This document shows, in pieces, positions 1 to 9,258 of a DNA stretch of 49,740 nt (position 1 is its first letter; every line of letters begins with the position of its first letter). A program made the position numbers and the translations under genes. The notes under the pieces were generated by a model that was not told where the DNA came from, searched no databases, and worked only from the letters and a program-made list of their open reading frames with translations. Source of the stretch: Candidatus Woesearchaeota archaeon (GTDB taxonomy: Archaea; Nanobdellota; Nanobdellia; Woesearchaeales; CG1-02-33-12); the NCBI GenBank assembly GCA_018399355.1, contig JAGYOA010000001.1:1-49740 (forward strand), given 5' to 3'.

Positions 1-290
1 AGCTTGAGGTTATTGCCGGCTCATATGACGGCTCTGTTTATGTGCTTGATGCAGAAGGATCATTCCTGCTGGATTACATGCCAGGAATATCAGGAATAAC
101 ACAGCAGCCCGGGCATTATGATGATGTAATAACTGCAAAGCCTGGAAATTATATTGGAAAGAAAATATGGGAATACAAGACAGAGGGAATGATAATAGGC
201 TCAGCATTGATAAATGGCAAAAAAACAAAAAAGATAATAGTTGGAATAAAAGACGGTAAGATTGACAATTTATCTTATAAGAAAGATTAA
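1..290 (+). CDS. Partial CDS (3' end; 5' end outside window): PQQ/BamB-like beta-propeller repeat protein
   Basis: The frame of ORF 42..290 is open back to the window edge (from nt 3: LEVIAGSYDGSVYVLDAEG...), so the listed ORF is only the tail. 'GSxDGxVYxLD' is the typical blade signature of PQQ-like propellers. Stop at 288-290. Confidence 0.5.
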   Translation, partial: LEVIAGSYDGSVYVLDAEGSFLLDYMPGISGITQQPGHYDDVITAKPGNYIGKKIWEYKTEGMIIGSALINGKKTKKIIVGIKDGKIDNLSYKKD

Positions 291-302
291 CTGGAGGTAA
301 AA

Positions 303-1115
303 ATGGCAAAAAAATCAGAAAAAAAAGAAAAAATGGAAAGAATCAAGCTTTATATAGACGGTTTTGACCAGCAAATGGAAGGAGGAATACCAAAAGGCCA
401 TGTTACATTAATCTGCGGAACAGCTGGAACAATGAAAAGCAGTTTGGCATTTAATACACTTTACAATGAGGCATTAAACGGAAAAACAGGGCTTTATGTT
501 TCCCTTGAGCAATCAGCAAACTCACTTTTAGAGCATGCTGAAAATATGGGTTTTGATTTGTCAAAAATCAACCTTGTAACAATTTCAGACATATCAAAAT
601 TAAGCTCAAATATAAGCAGTATAAAATCAAGCAAAGGCGGCTCACTAATAATATCAGACCTTGGATCAATAAGAAAGCAGGTAAAGGGAACAAAGATAGG
701 CCCAAGTGGGGACTGGCTGAATGTAATAAAAAACATAATAAAAAAGCTAAAAGAAAAAACAGAATGCGACCTTTTTGTCCTTGATTCATTGTCTGCATTG
801 TATGTCTTATCAAATTTTGACGACCCCAGAACAAAGCTTTTCTACATATTCGAATTTTTAAGGGACATAGGATTGACAACTTTCTTGATATCGGAAATGC
901 CTTTAAACAAAAGCAAGTACAGTGAGTATGAGGTTGAGGATTACTTAGCAGATGGAATAATATTAATCCAGCTTACAGAAAGATTCAGAAAAGTTGTAAG
1001 GGAATTATCTGTAGTAAAGATGAGGTCAACTAACTGCAATACTGACGTCTTTACCCTTGAATACAAAAACAAGAAATTTTATGCAACACAAGGAGGAAAG
1101 CCCCCTATTGTATAA
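303..1115 (+). CDS. Single-domain KaiC/RecA-superfamily ATPase
   Basis: 'GGIPKGHVTLICGTAGTMKSSLA' is a Walker A region typical of KaiC/RadA-like proteins. 'DLFVLDSLSAL' is Walker B-like. SD GGAGGT at 293-298 lies 4 nt before the ATG. Confidence 0.8.
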   Translation: MAKKSEKKEKMERIKLYIDGFDQQMEGGIPKGHVTLICGTAGTMKSSLAFNTLYNEALNGKTGLYVSLEQSANSLLEHAENMGFDLSKINLVTISDISKLSSNISSIKSSKGGSLIISDLGSIRKQVKGTKIGPSGDWLNVIKNIIKKLKEKTECDLFVLDSLSALYVLSNFDDPRTKLFYIFEFLRDIGLTTFLISEMPLNKSKYSEYEVEDYLADGIILIQLTERFRKVVRELSVVKMRSTNCNTDVFTLEYKNKKFYATQGGKPPIV

Positions 1116-1166
1116 AAATCTGAAAACAACAGAAAACAATAAATATAGTTAATTCTTTTTTATTTT

Positions 1167-1952
1167 ATGGAAAAAATAACCCTTGACATCAAAAAATCTG
1201 TTGAACAGAACGCTTCTGTTTATTTTGAGAAATCAAAAAAATCCAAGAAAAAGCTTGAGGGAGCCTTAATTGCCTTAAAGAAAAGCAGGGAAAAACTTAA
1301 AGCATTAAAGGAAAAAAAGGAAACAACAGAGAAAAAAATACAAGAAATAAAAAAAGCAAAACCAAAAAAAGAATGGTATGAAAAGTTCAGGTGGTTTTAC
1401 AGCTCTGAGGGATTTTTGTGCATAGGTGGAAGGGATGCAACAACAAATGATATAATAATTAAAAAGCATGCTGAGAATGATGATATTGTTTTTCACACAG
1501 ATATGGCGGGCTCGCCTTTCTTTGTTATAAAAGCAGACAATAAAAAAATAGGAGAAGCCACAATGCAGGAAGCGGCTCAGGCAACTGCTTCATACAGTAG
1601 AGGATGGCGCCTTGGTCTTTCAACTCTTGATGTTTTTTATGTAAAGCCCGAGCAGCTTACAAAAACACCCAGAGCAGGAGAATATATTGGAAAGGGTGCA
1701 TTTATTGTAAAGGGAAAAACAGAGTATTTACATCCAAATTTACAGGCTGCAATTGGAATTAAAAATGAAAAAATAATTGGGGGGCCTGTAAACGCAATAA
1801 AGAAAAATTCTGATAAGTTTGTGATAATTAATCAAGGAAAAGAAAAAGCAAGCGACACAGCAAAAAAAATAATGAAGATTATAGGCGGTAATCTTGATGA
1901 TATAATTTCTTTCATCCCTCCTGGCGGATCTAAGGTGCAAAAACCAAAATGA
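1167..1952 (+). CDS. NFACT-family (Rqc2/FbpA-like) RNA-binding protein, short form with coiled coil plus NFACT-R/DUF814 domain
   Basis: K/E-rich coiled coil followed by 'WFYSSEGFLCIGGRDATTNDIIIKKHAENDDIVFHTDMAGSPFFVIK', the DUF814 signature. TATA-like ATAAATATA at about 1139-1147, ~20 nt before the ATG. Confidence 0.8.
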   Translation: MEKITLDIKKSVEQNASVYFEKSKKSKKKLEGALIALKKSREKLKALKEKKETTEKKIQEIKKAKPKKEWYEKFRWFYSSEGFLCIGGRDATTNDIIIKKHAENDDIVFHTDMAGSPFFVIKADNKKIGEATMQEAAQATASYSRGWRLGLSTLDVFYVKPEQLTKTPRAGEYIGKGAFIVKGKTEYLHPNLQAAIGIKNEKIIGGPVNAIKKNSDKFVIINQGKEKASDTAKKIMKIIGGNLDDIISFIPPGGSKVQKPK

Positions 1953-2206
1953 TAAATAAAAAAGAATTAAAATATAAAGCAAAATCAATACAGCCTGTAA
2001 TGAGAATCGGCAAGAGCGGGCTAACTGAAAATGCAATAAAAGAGATAAAGAAACAGCTTAAAAAGAAAAACCTGATTAAAATTAAGTTTCTTAGAAGCTT
2101 TATATCAGATAGAAACAAAAAACAGGCTGCAAATGAAATTGCAGAAAAAACTGAATCAATTCTTATCGACTCAGTAGGTTTTGTTGTGGTTTTGTGGAAA
2201 GATTAA
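1949..2206 (+). CDS. YhbY/CRM-domain RNA-binding protein
   Basis: 85 aa. 'IQPVMRIGKSGLTENAIKEIKKQLKKKNLIKIKF...VGFVVVLWK' matches the CRS1/YhbY fold pattern. ATGA overlap with the upstream NFACT gene (1949-1952). Confidence 0.75.
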   Translation: MINKKELKYKAKSIQPVMRIGKSGLTENAIKEIKKQLKKKNLIKIKFLRSFISDRNKKQAANEIAEKTESILIDSVGFVVVLWKD

Positions 2207-2919
2207 TCAAGGATTTTTTCTGCATCCTGAATTTTTTCTGTGTTATTCTTTATTTTCTTGATTAAATCAGTATTTTTTAGTTTTTTCTCAATTAAATTTA
2301 TTTTATCTTCATTTAAATTGCCAAAGGCTTTTTTTGCAAGTTTTATTTTTTCTTCTTCAAATCTTTTAAAATCCCTATTGTTTTGAATTCCTCTGTATTT
2401 TTCAACTATTTTTTTGTATTCTTTATCTCCATTTAAATTGATAGAGTGATTTATTTGAATTTCATCTAGAATCCTGTCTGTGAATTCGCCTTCCTCTATA
2501 AGTGCTTCTCCAATTACTTTTACATAATCACTATATTTTTTCAGTTCTTTATCATCAATGCTTATATCTCTCATGCATTCATAAGATTCATCAATAATGT
2601 CCTTATTTCCTGATTTAAATGCATGTACTAAAACCCAATATGGAAAGAGCCTGCAGTTAAGGGGTCTTGCATTATAAACAGAGCATTTCCCGTCTTTTCT
2701 AAGATCGCATGGCATATTAATTCCAAATTCATAACTGAATTTTTCAGGGTTTTCCGGGTCGCCAAAGGCATTTATACCTATAAAATTTTTCAATATATAT
2801 CTTATTGGTTTTTTCATTAAATCAGAAATTCTTATTATATCACCAACAGTGACATTAATTTGAGAATAGTAAGAATTGCAGCATTTTCCGCAGTTAAGAC
2901 ATTGAAACTTAGATTTCAT
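2203..2919 (-). CDS. YkgJ-family Cys-cluster (putative zinc/iron-chelating, UPF0153) protein with K/E-rich C-terminal extension
   Basis: N-terminal 'CLNCGKCC' (CxxCxxCC) plus 'GKCSVYNARPLNCRLFPY', both hallmarks of the family. Confidence 0.75.
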   Translation of the reverse strand: MKSKFQCLNCGKCCNSYYSQINVTVGDIIRISDLMKKPIRYILKNFIGINAFGDPENPEKFSYEFGINMPCDLRKDGKCSVYNARPLNCRLFPYWVLVHAFKSGNKDIIDESYECMRDISIDDKELKKYSDYVKVIGEALIEEGEFTDRILDEIQINHSINLNGDKEYKKIVEKYRGIQNNRDFKRFEEEKIKLAKKAFGNLNEDKINLIEKKLKNTDLIKKIKNNTEKIQDAEKILD

Positions 2920-2925
2920 TTAATG

Positions 2926-3426
2926 CTAAAACCTGTATAGATTAAGGAATGATTTTATCGTTGTGTGTAGATGGTTAAGGTCTTCTGAAACCTGCGCCTT
3001 AAAACTTGCTGTGTATCCCTTATAAACAAATTTATCAAATAATGTCCTCATAAAAACATAGGTTGGCTTTCCTTCCCATTTGTTTTCATAGTCTGTCGTA
3101 AGGTAACCGTCAAAAACCATCTTTATTGTTCCCTGGTTCATCTTTATCTTATGGCCATCTTTCTCAACTTCAACCTCTTTCAGGTTTTCCATTACAAGAG
3201 TTATTTTAATTTCTATTTTTGCGTAGTCTGTTATTTTTTTCCATGGCATAAGCCATACTTCTACAAATTTTCCTTCTGGTTTTACAAACTCAACATTCTT
3301 TACTTCTCTTTTATCATACTGCTTTTCTCTGAACCATCTGTCAAAAGTAAGGTAGAGTTCGTTCACATCAAAAAGTCCTTCATATTGAAGCCTTAGTTCG
3401 TCTATTATTTTTTCCCTTTCTGCCAT
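2926..3426 (-). CDS. Hypothetical protein, tandem paralog 3 of 3
   Basis: Shares 'L(R/K)YxG(L/I/V)FD..xLY...xxW' and 'K(D/E)G.K.KMNQ...(F)(D/G)GY...DY.N(K/R)W' with the two upstream genes. I prefer the ATG at 3426 (GGTGAG SD at 3429-3434, 2 nt after the upstream stop) over the GTG at 3435 used by the track. Confidence 0.7.
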   Translation of the reverse strand: MAEREKIIDELRLQYEGLFDVNELYLTFDRWFREKQYDKREVKNVEFVKPEGKFVEVWLMPWKKITDYAKIEIKITLVMENLKEVEVEKDGHKIKMNQGTIKMVFDGYLTTDYENKWEGKPTYVFMRTLFDKFVYKGYTASFKAQVSEDLNHLHTTIKSFLNLYRF

Positions 3427-3428
3427 TC

Positions 3429-3956
3429 TCACCACATATCAGTATATTCTGATCCTTTAGCTTCCATGCCAATACATTCTTTTGCAAGGTCATAAAGCTT
3501 TAATATATAATAATATAACTTATCCTCATATACATTGCTTATTTCGGGCTGGATTATATAATTTTCATATAGACTATTAAGCCATTTCAAAAAAGGCGTT
3601 GAATTCCATCTGTTTTGGTAGTCTGACTCAATATATCCCCCAAACCTAATTGTCATTCTTGCCTGATTCATTTTTTTCTTTTTGCCGTCCTTTATCACTT
3701 CTATTGTCTTAAGGTCCCATGTGTGTATATAAACAGTTACCCAAAACTTAAAATAATCAGTTTCCTTTCTGTATCCTTTTAATTCTATCTCGTCTTCTGT
3801 TCCACCCATTGCAGTGGGCTTGCTTTTATAGGTTGGCTCCTCTAGATAATAATCTCTTCTTGTAAACCACCTTCTCAATGTCTTATAAAGAAGTTCCATG
3901 TCAAAAATTCCTTTATACTTAAGAAGTTCATTGGGCATAGCATGTGTGTTTGACAT
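3429..3956 (-). CDS. Hypothetical protein, tandem paralog 2 of 3
   Basis: Paralog motifs 'LLKYKGIFDMELLY', 'IKDGKKKKMNQARMTIRFGGYIESDYQNRW'. The track start 4052 would overlap the upstream gene by 56 nt. ATG 3956 (MSNTHAMPNE...) follows a TATA-like TTTATATATAAA at about 3975-3988. ATG 3938 is an alternative. Confidence 0.7.
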   Translation of the reverse strand: MSNTHAMPNELLKYKGIFDMELLYKTLRRWFTRRDYYLEEPTYKSKPTAMGGTEDEIELKGYRKETDYFKFWVTVYIHTWDLKTIEVIKDGKKKKMNQARMTIRFGGYIESDYQNRWNSTPFLKWLNSLYENYIIQPEISNVYEDKLYYYILKLYDLAKECIGMEAKGSEYTDMW

Positions 3957-3996
3957 AAAAAGAAAAATTGCGATTTTTATATATAAAGCTTTCGGA

Positions 3997-4572
3997 TTAT
4001 TCTCCAATGCTGCCTGGTGGCCAGAATCCTGCCTCTGCCTGGTCTTCTTCAACTCCTTTATATAATCTCCAGTAATCTTTTATTATATCCTGCAGTCTGT
4101 AAGCCTCCCTATAAAGCTCAACCTTCTGTTTTTCAAACTGCTGCTTCATAAGAACTTTCCAATAAAATGTTTCAAAATGCTTTAAAAGCCAGTGATTGCC
4201 CCATATTCCCTTATAGTCTGTAACAACCCTTGCATGAACCTGTATCTCAAGGTCGCATGTAACAACCTTTAATTTTCTCCCCTGATGAACAATCTCTGTA
4301 TCCTTGAATGGAGGAACGGCATGCCAGTCAATATCAAGCTCATACTTAAAATAGCTACTGTCATTAGGAACTTTATCAAGCCTCCACCATATCCAAAGCT
4401 CTTTTGCCCCTCCTGGAAATTCATGCTGGCCATGAAAAACCTCATTAAAATCAGGATCCTTGCCACTAAACCATCCGTCTTCCTGAGACCAATAATAAAG
4501 GTATTCATAAAGGGCTTTTATATCAAAAACCCCTTTATATTTTACTCTCCATTTTGCTGCAAGCATGGCCAT
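3997..4572 (-). CDS. Hypothetical protein, tandem paralog 1 of 3 (most divergent)
   Basis: 'WRVKYKGVFDIKALYEYLYYW', 'HQGRKLKVVTCDLEIQVHARVVTDYKGIW' align with the two downstream paralogs. Acidic C-terminal tail. Confidence 0.7.
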   Translation of the reverse strand: MAMLAAKWRVKYKGVFDIKALYEYLYYWSQEDGWFSGKDPDFNEVFHGQHEFPGGAKELWIWWRLDKVPNDSSYFKYELDIDWHAVPPFKDTEIVHQGRKLKVVTCDLEIQVHARVVTDYKGIWGNHWLLKHFETFYWKVLMKQQFEKQKVELYREAYRLQDIIKDYWRLYKGVEEDQAEAGFWPPGSIGE

Positions 4573-4595
4573 AAAGAAAAAATTATTTACTGTCT

Positions 4596-5912
4596 TTATA
4601 AAATTTTCGAATTATTTTTATTTATGAAATTTTTGATGTCTTTAACCTTAATTTTTTTCTGCTGTCTTGTTTTAAGGTTTTTCACTGAAACAGATTTTTC
4701 TTTTATTTCATCCTCACCCATAATTCCAACATAGTCTATTCCAAGTGAATCAGCGTAGTTTATAGCAGCCCCCATTTTTCTCTCCTTTAAATCAATATCA
4801 ACATTTATTCCTTGGTTTCTTATTTCCTCAGCAATCTTAAAGCATTCATCAGCTGTATTTATAGGTATTATGTACAGCTGCGTGTTTGACTTTTTCAGGT
4901 TTTTTCTTGTTTCCTTTAATATCATTGCAATTCTTTCAAGTCCGAATGAAAAACCGACAGCAGGAATCTCATTCTTGCTCCCTATAAAAGAAGATATCAT
5001 ATTATCGTAACGCCCGCCTGCAAGAACAGCTGACTTTACAATGGATTTATCCTTAAGAAAAACCTCAATTGTAGTTCCAGTGTAATAATCAAGGCCTCTA
5101 GCAAGGCTAGGGTCAAGCTCAACAAAATCAATATCTATCTTTTTTAGGTATTCAAAAAGTTCTTTTATCTCGTTAAGTCCCTGTTTTCCCTTTTCTGATG
5201 AAACAACTTTTTTCAGAGATTCATATGTTTCTTTGTTATTTCTCTTTTTTGAAATCAATGAAACAACGCTGTTAACAATTTTTTTGTCCAACAATTCATT
5301 CAGCTCTTTTTTAACACCCTGAATTCCAATCTTGTCCATTTTATCAAGGCAGATTATAACATTTAATTTCTGGTTTTCCTTAACCCCTGCATAATCAAGT
5401 ATTCCATCAAGCAGTTTTCTGTTATTTATCTTAACAACTATGTTGCCCAGGCCAAGCTCTTTAAAGCACCTTTTCGCAAGTGCAAGAAGCTCTGCCTCTG
5501 CTTTCATATCATTTACTCCAAGAATATCAGCATCACACTGAGTGAAAATTCTATAACGCCCTTGTTCCGGCTGGGTTGGACCATCTCTAAATACTTCCCC
5601 TATTACATATCTCTTGAATGGAAATTTTATGTCTTTGTTTGAAGCAACAAACCTTGCCAAAGGCAGTGTCTGGTCAAACCTTAAAGCGAGCTTTCTTTTG
5701 CCCTGGTCTTGAAGAGTGAATATTTCTTTCTGTATTTCATCTCCTCCTTTGAATTTCATTGTTGACTCTCTTTCAATCATAGGGGTTTCAACAGGATTAT
5801 AGCCGTACATCTCAAAAACTCTTCTTAGAGTATCTTTTATTTCATTCCTCAGTATGGCATCCTCTGCATACCAGTCCTTTACTCCCTTTGCAATCTCGAA
5901 TTCTTTTGACAT
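4596..5912 (-). CDS. hisS: Histidine--tRNA ligase
   Basis: Class II aaRS/HisRS motifs: 'GVKDWYAEDAILRNEI...VFEMYGYNPVETPMIE', 'RYRIFTQCDADILG', 'GGRYDNMIS', 'VGFSFGLERI', and a C-terminal anticodon-binding domain. Confidence 0.95.
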   Translation of the reverse strand: MSKEFEIAKGVKDWYAEDAILRNEIKDTLRRVFEMYGYNPVETPMIERESTMKFKGGDEIQKEIFTLQDQGKRKLALRFDQTLPLARFVASNKDIKFPFKRYVIGEVFRDGPTQPEQGRYRIFTQCDADILGVNDMKAEAELLALAKRCFKELGLGNIVVKINNRKLLDGILDYAGVKENQKLNVIICLDKMDKIGIQGVKKELNELLDKKIVNSVVSLISKKRNNKETYESLKKVVSSEKGKQGLNEIKELFEYLKKIDIDFVELDPSLARGLDYYTGTTIEVFLKDKSIVKSAVLAGGRYDNMISSFIGSKNEIPAVGFSFGLERIAMILKETRKNLKKSNTQLYIIPINTADECFKIAEEIRNQGINVDIDLKERKMGAAINYADSLGIDYVGIMGEDEIKEKSVSVKNLKTRQQKKIKVKDIKNFINKNNSKIL

Positions 5913-5980
5913 TGTAAATCATTTTTTATTCTTTATTAAATGTTAATAAATCTTTTGATTTTTAAAGCTTTAGAAACTTA

Positions 5981-5989
5981 TTTATATAA
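5981..5989 (+). promoter_or_regulatory. Archaeal TATA box for the GTPase gene (leaderless transcript implied)
   Basis: TTTATATAA ends 21 nt before ATG 6011. No SD lies in between. Confidence 0.55.
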
Positions 5990-6010
5990 TGTGTCCTGTA
6001 ATAAATTAAA

Positions 6011-7219
6011 ATGTTAGTCGGTGTTGTAGGAAAGGCAAATGTGGGCAAAAGCACTTTTTTTAAGGCCCTTACTTTAGCGAATGTTGAAATACAAAATTAT
6101 CCTTTTGCAACTATAAAGCCAAACCATGGAATTGGATATGTAAGAGTAGAGTGCGCAGACAAGTTCTTTAATGTACAGTGCAACCCAAGAGAAGGTTATT
6201 GTATAGACCACAACCGCTTTGTTCCTGTTGATTTAATAGATGTTGCCGGCCTTGTTCCTGGAGCTTATGAGGGTAAGGGAATGGGAAACCAGTTTCTGGA
6301 TGACTTAAGGCAGGCTGATGCTTTAATCCATGTTGTTGATGCCTCAGGCAGCACAAATGAAAATGGAGAGCCTGTTGAGCCCGGCTCATACGATCCATGC
6401 AATGACATAAATTTTCTTGAGGTTGAGCTTGACATGTGGTACTTAAGGCTAATAAAAAAAGGATGGGATAGGTTTGCCCGCGGAGTGCAGCAGGAAAAAG
6501 ACCATGACATAAAAATTGTTAAGGATCTTGCAAGCCATCTAAGCGGACTAAAGGTAACAGAAGATATGGTTGAAGAAGTGCTTAATAATCTAAAACTTGA
6601 TAGAAATAATATCCTCTCATGGACTGAGGAAGATTTAAAAAAAATATCAACAGAGCTCAGGAAAAAAACAAAAAAAATGATTATTGCGGCAAATAAAGTG
6701 GATATTAAAACATCGGAAAACAATATTGAAAAAATGAAAAAACAGTTTCCTGATTATATGATAATCAGCTGCAGCGCTGAGTCAGAGCTTGCATTAAGGG
6801 AAGCATCAAAAAACAACCTTATAAGATATATTCCCGGTGATTCTGATTTTCAGATAACTAACCCAGATGAATTAAATGAAAAACAAAAAAAAGCGCTTGA
6901 TTTCATAAAAAAAAATGTTCTTGAAAAATTTAAAAATACTGGAGTGCAGCAGGCAATTAACTCAGCTGTGTTTACGTTGCTTGAATACATAGCAATATTT
7001 CCAGGAGGAGTAAACAAGCTTGCTGACTCTGATGGCAATATCCTTCCTGACTGTTTTCTTATGCCTCCTGGAACAACTGCCCTTGACTTTGCTTATAAAC
7101 TGCATACTGATTTCGGAAAAAATTTCATAAAGGCAATAGATGTAAAAAAGAAAATGCCTGTTGGAAAAGAACATTTGCTGAAAAACCAGGATGTAGTCGA
7201 GATAATAAGCGGCAAATAG
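6011..7219 (+). CDS. OBG-family GTPase/ATPase (YchF/Ygr210-like) with C-terminal TGS-like domain
   Basis: G1 'GVVGKANVGKST', G3 'DVAGLVPGA', G4 'AANKVD', C-terminal 'LKNQDVVEIISG'. TATA TTTATATAA at 5981-5989. Confidence 0.9.
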   Translation: MLVGVVGKANVGKSTFFKALTLANVEIQNYPFATIKPNHGIGYVRVECADKFFNVQCNPREGYCIDHNRFVPVDLIDVAGLVPGAYEGKGMGNQFLDDLRQADALIHVVDASGSTNENGEPVEPGSYDPCNDINFLEVELDMWYLRLIKKGWDRFARGVQQEKDHDIKIVKDLASHLSGLKVTEDMVEEVLNNLKLDRNNILSWTEEDLKKISTELRKKTKKMIIAANKVDIKTSENNIEKMKKQFPDYMIISCSAESELALREASKNNLIRYIPGDSDFQITNPDELNEKQKKALDFIKKNVLEKFKNTGVQQAINSAVFTLLEYIAIFPGGVNKLADSDGNILPDCFLMPPGTTALDFAYKLHTDFGKNFIKAIDVKKKMPVGKEHLLKNQDVVEIISGK

Positions 7220-7257
7220 CGAAAGAATTATAAATAAAAAACCTTATTTAAACATAA

Positions 7258-7266
7258 GAGAGGTGA
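7258..7266 (+). promoter_or_regulatory. Shine-Dalgarno site supporting TTG start 7271
   Basis: GAGAGGTGA lies 4 nt upstream of the TTG. Confidence 0.6.
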
Positions 7267-7270
7267 TTTT

Positions 7271-8701
7271 TTGGCTGATTTAAAGGAATTTGGATTTGAG
7301 GAAGAGAGAGCTGAAGATGCATATCTCGATAAAAACCTTCCTACAGGCTATCCTAAACCATTAAAAAGATACTGGCTGAGGTATGCAACAGCAAGCAAAT
7401 CCATTGAGGAAACATATTTCTGGGTGTTAAACTGCTTAAGGGTCAGCCTTGGATTCAAGGATATTGTAAAGATTATGGATATCTCGGCAGCATCGCCTCA
7501 CTCAACTTTCTTTGGAGTTTCAACACAGCGCGCAGGAGCTTATCAGGATAAAATTTCTCAATACCTTGCAACAATAGGAAAGATGGTTAAGGAGCTTTTC
7601 CAGATTGTTAGAGAATTAAGGGTGCTTGATGAAAGGCTGTCCTATTACAATGACAGCTTTGATTATCAGAGCGAAAGCAGAGAAAGCGCTGAAATAACCT
7701 TAAAAGGAATATGGATTGATATGGTTGAGGGCGGAGCAAAAAGTCCTGCATCTGTTTATGGAATGGCAAGGGAGCTTGAATTCACTGTGCTTCCAGATTT
7801 GTTTTTCAGCACGCATCCAAAAACAAGCAAAGATGTTGACAAGGCAGTGAATGAATTAAAGTTCAACAGAAAGGTTAAAGAAGTTGTTAAAAGAAAGTTG
7901 AGGGCATTTCTGGCATGGAAAGAAGAAACGTATAAAGAACTTAAAAACAGAAGAAAATTTACTTTAAAGTTTATGAGGCAGCATTATGATGTAATAAAGA
8001 TGTACATGAGCTGGGTAAAGCCATATTTAAAATATGTAAGGCTCTTGCGTTCCTCTGAAAAAAAGATGGACAGCCCAGATATCGTAGGGGCTTTTGAAAA
8101 TTCAATGGTTGAGATTGAGTTTCTTGCAAAAAGGCTTCCAGTAGAACCAACCTCAGGCAAAGTAAAAAATAAGATGTATAAGGCATGTGTGTTGATGAAT
8201 TTTCAGTTTTCAACAACTCCTGATATGAAATTTATAAGTGAAGGTTATCAGAGGGGCCCAATACATGCAGGCCAGGTTGACATAAAAATGAGGGCTTATG
8301 CCTGGACAGACAAACACATAGAAAAATACATTGCTTATAGGAACAAAGAAGATATGGAACTTTTAGGAGAGTTTGTTGATGGCTCAATTTCAGCTGCAAT
8401 GGATGCCCTCGGAGAAGAGTTTGAAAGATACCTCAAAGAATCAGGAGAGGAGGTTAAAGAAAAACAAGAGGAAAAGCCAAAGCAGGATTCAGTATTAGAT
8501 CCATTTTTATCTATATTTAATGGTTTTAAAGAAATAAAAACTGCCTTTGCAGGAACAGGCAGTGGCAGTAAAGATGAGGGTCCAAAGCTGACAAAAGTAC
8601 AGGAAGAAAATGAAAAAAAGGATGCTAAAGGAAATGCCACAGGAGCAATGTGGCTTGTATACAAGAATTTCAGAAAAGCTCATGGTATGATAAGTTGGTA
8701 A
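7271..8701 (+). CDS. Hypothetical protein (476 aa), first gene of a three-gene operon
   Basis: Long ORF with ordinary composition. TTG start 4 nt after a strong SD, GAGAGGTGA (7258-7266). Disordered E/K linker followed by a terminal amphipathic-looking 'AMWLVYKNFRKAHGMISW'. No family recognised. Confidence 0.75.
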   Translation: MADLKEFGFEEERAEDAYLDKNLPTGYPKPLKRYWLRYATASKSIEETYFWVLNCLRVSLGFKDIVKIMDISAASPHSTFFGVSTQRAGAYQDKISQYLATIGKMVKELFQIVRELRVLDERLSYYNDSFDYQSESRESAEITLKGIWIDMVEGGAKSPASVYGMARELEFTVLPDLFFSTHPKTSKDVDKAVNELKFNRKVKEVVKRKLRAFLAWKEETYKELKNRRKFTLKFMRQHYDVIKMYMSWVKPYLKYVRLLRSSEKKMDSPDIVGAFENSMVEIEFLAKRLPVEPTSGKVKNKMYKACVLMNFQFSTTPDMKFISEGYQRGPIHAGQVDIKMRAYAWTDKHIEKYIAYRNKEDMELLGEFVDGSISAAMDALGEEFERYLKESGEEVKEKQEEKPKQDSVLDPFLSIFNGFKEIKTAFAGTGSGSKDEGPKLTKVQEENEKKDAKGNATGAMWLVYKNFRKAHGMISW

Positions 8702-8705
8702 AAAT

Positions 8706-9257
8706 ATGGGAGATGAAATAGATAAAATAAAAAACCTGTCTCCTGAAGAAAGGATAAAAAAACTAAAAGAGATTCAGGAAAAAAGCAAAAAAGATCTAAA
8801 TGAAGCTGAAAAGCTGATTAAGCAGTCTGTACAGGAAATGCAGATAACACAGGAAACAAAAAATATACCTATCCCAGAAAATAGAGAGGTTGATATAGAA
8901 AAATTATTTGTGCCTGAGACTATAGATGAGGTTATTCAAAAAGAAAAGCCAGAGGTTTCTGAAGAACAGCTAAAACAGCAGGCAGATTACAGCATATTAA
9001 CACAGGAACTAAGAAGACAATCAACAGAAAATGTAGTCAGTAGAGTGGAAGACCTTTACAACCAAGTAAGGCAGACAGGCAGCGTTACCAGAGAGCAGCT
9101 TAATGAAGCATATGCAGCGCAGACAGTTGCAAGGGAAAGGCAAAATGAAATTGGGAAAGGAACATATGCTGGAACCATAGGCGAAAGAGTGGCTGACCAG
9201 CTCAGCGCAGCCATGGGAATAGCAAACTGGATAAAAAATATGTATAAGACAAAATAA
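8706..9257 (+). CDS. Hypothetical coiled-coil protein (183 aa)
   Basis: Starts 4 nt after the upstream stop. E/K/Q-rich heptad-like sequence. C-terminal 'AAMGIANWIKNMYKTK'. Confidence 0.7.
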   Translation: MGDEIDKIKNLSPEERIKKLKEIQEKSKKDLNEAEKLIKQSVQEMQITQETKNIPIPENREVDIEKLFVPETIDEVIQKEKPEVSEEQLKQQADYSILTQELRRQSTENVVSRVEDLYNQVRQTGSVTREQLNEAYAAQTVARERQNEIGKGTYAGTIGERVADQLSAAMGIANWIKNMYKTK

Positions 9258-9258
9258 A

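Noticed and set aside
303-1115. KaiC-like ATPase as a circadian clock component or a RadA recombinase
   Set aside because: It is a single-domain protein with no KaiA/B partners and no RadA N-terminal HhH domain. I call it only a generic KaiC/RecA-superfamily ATPase.
6265-6723. 152-aa minus-strand ORF inside the GTPase gene. Similar antisense ORFs occur at 12188..12595, 34730..35170, 36574..37035, 42210..42665 and 44518..44793.
   Set aside because: All are fully contained within CDSs that have recognisable motifs or paralogy. Their compositions are biased and they have no start-site signals. Long antisense ORFs are expected in AT-rich, K/E-rich coding DNA.
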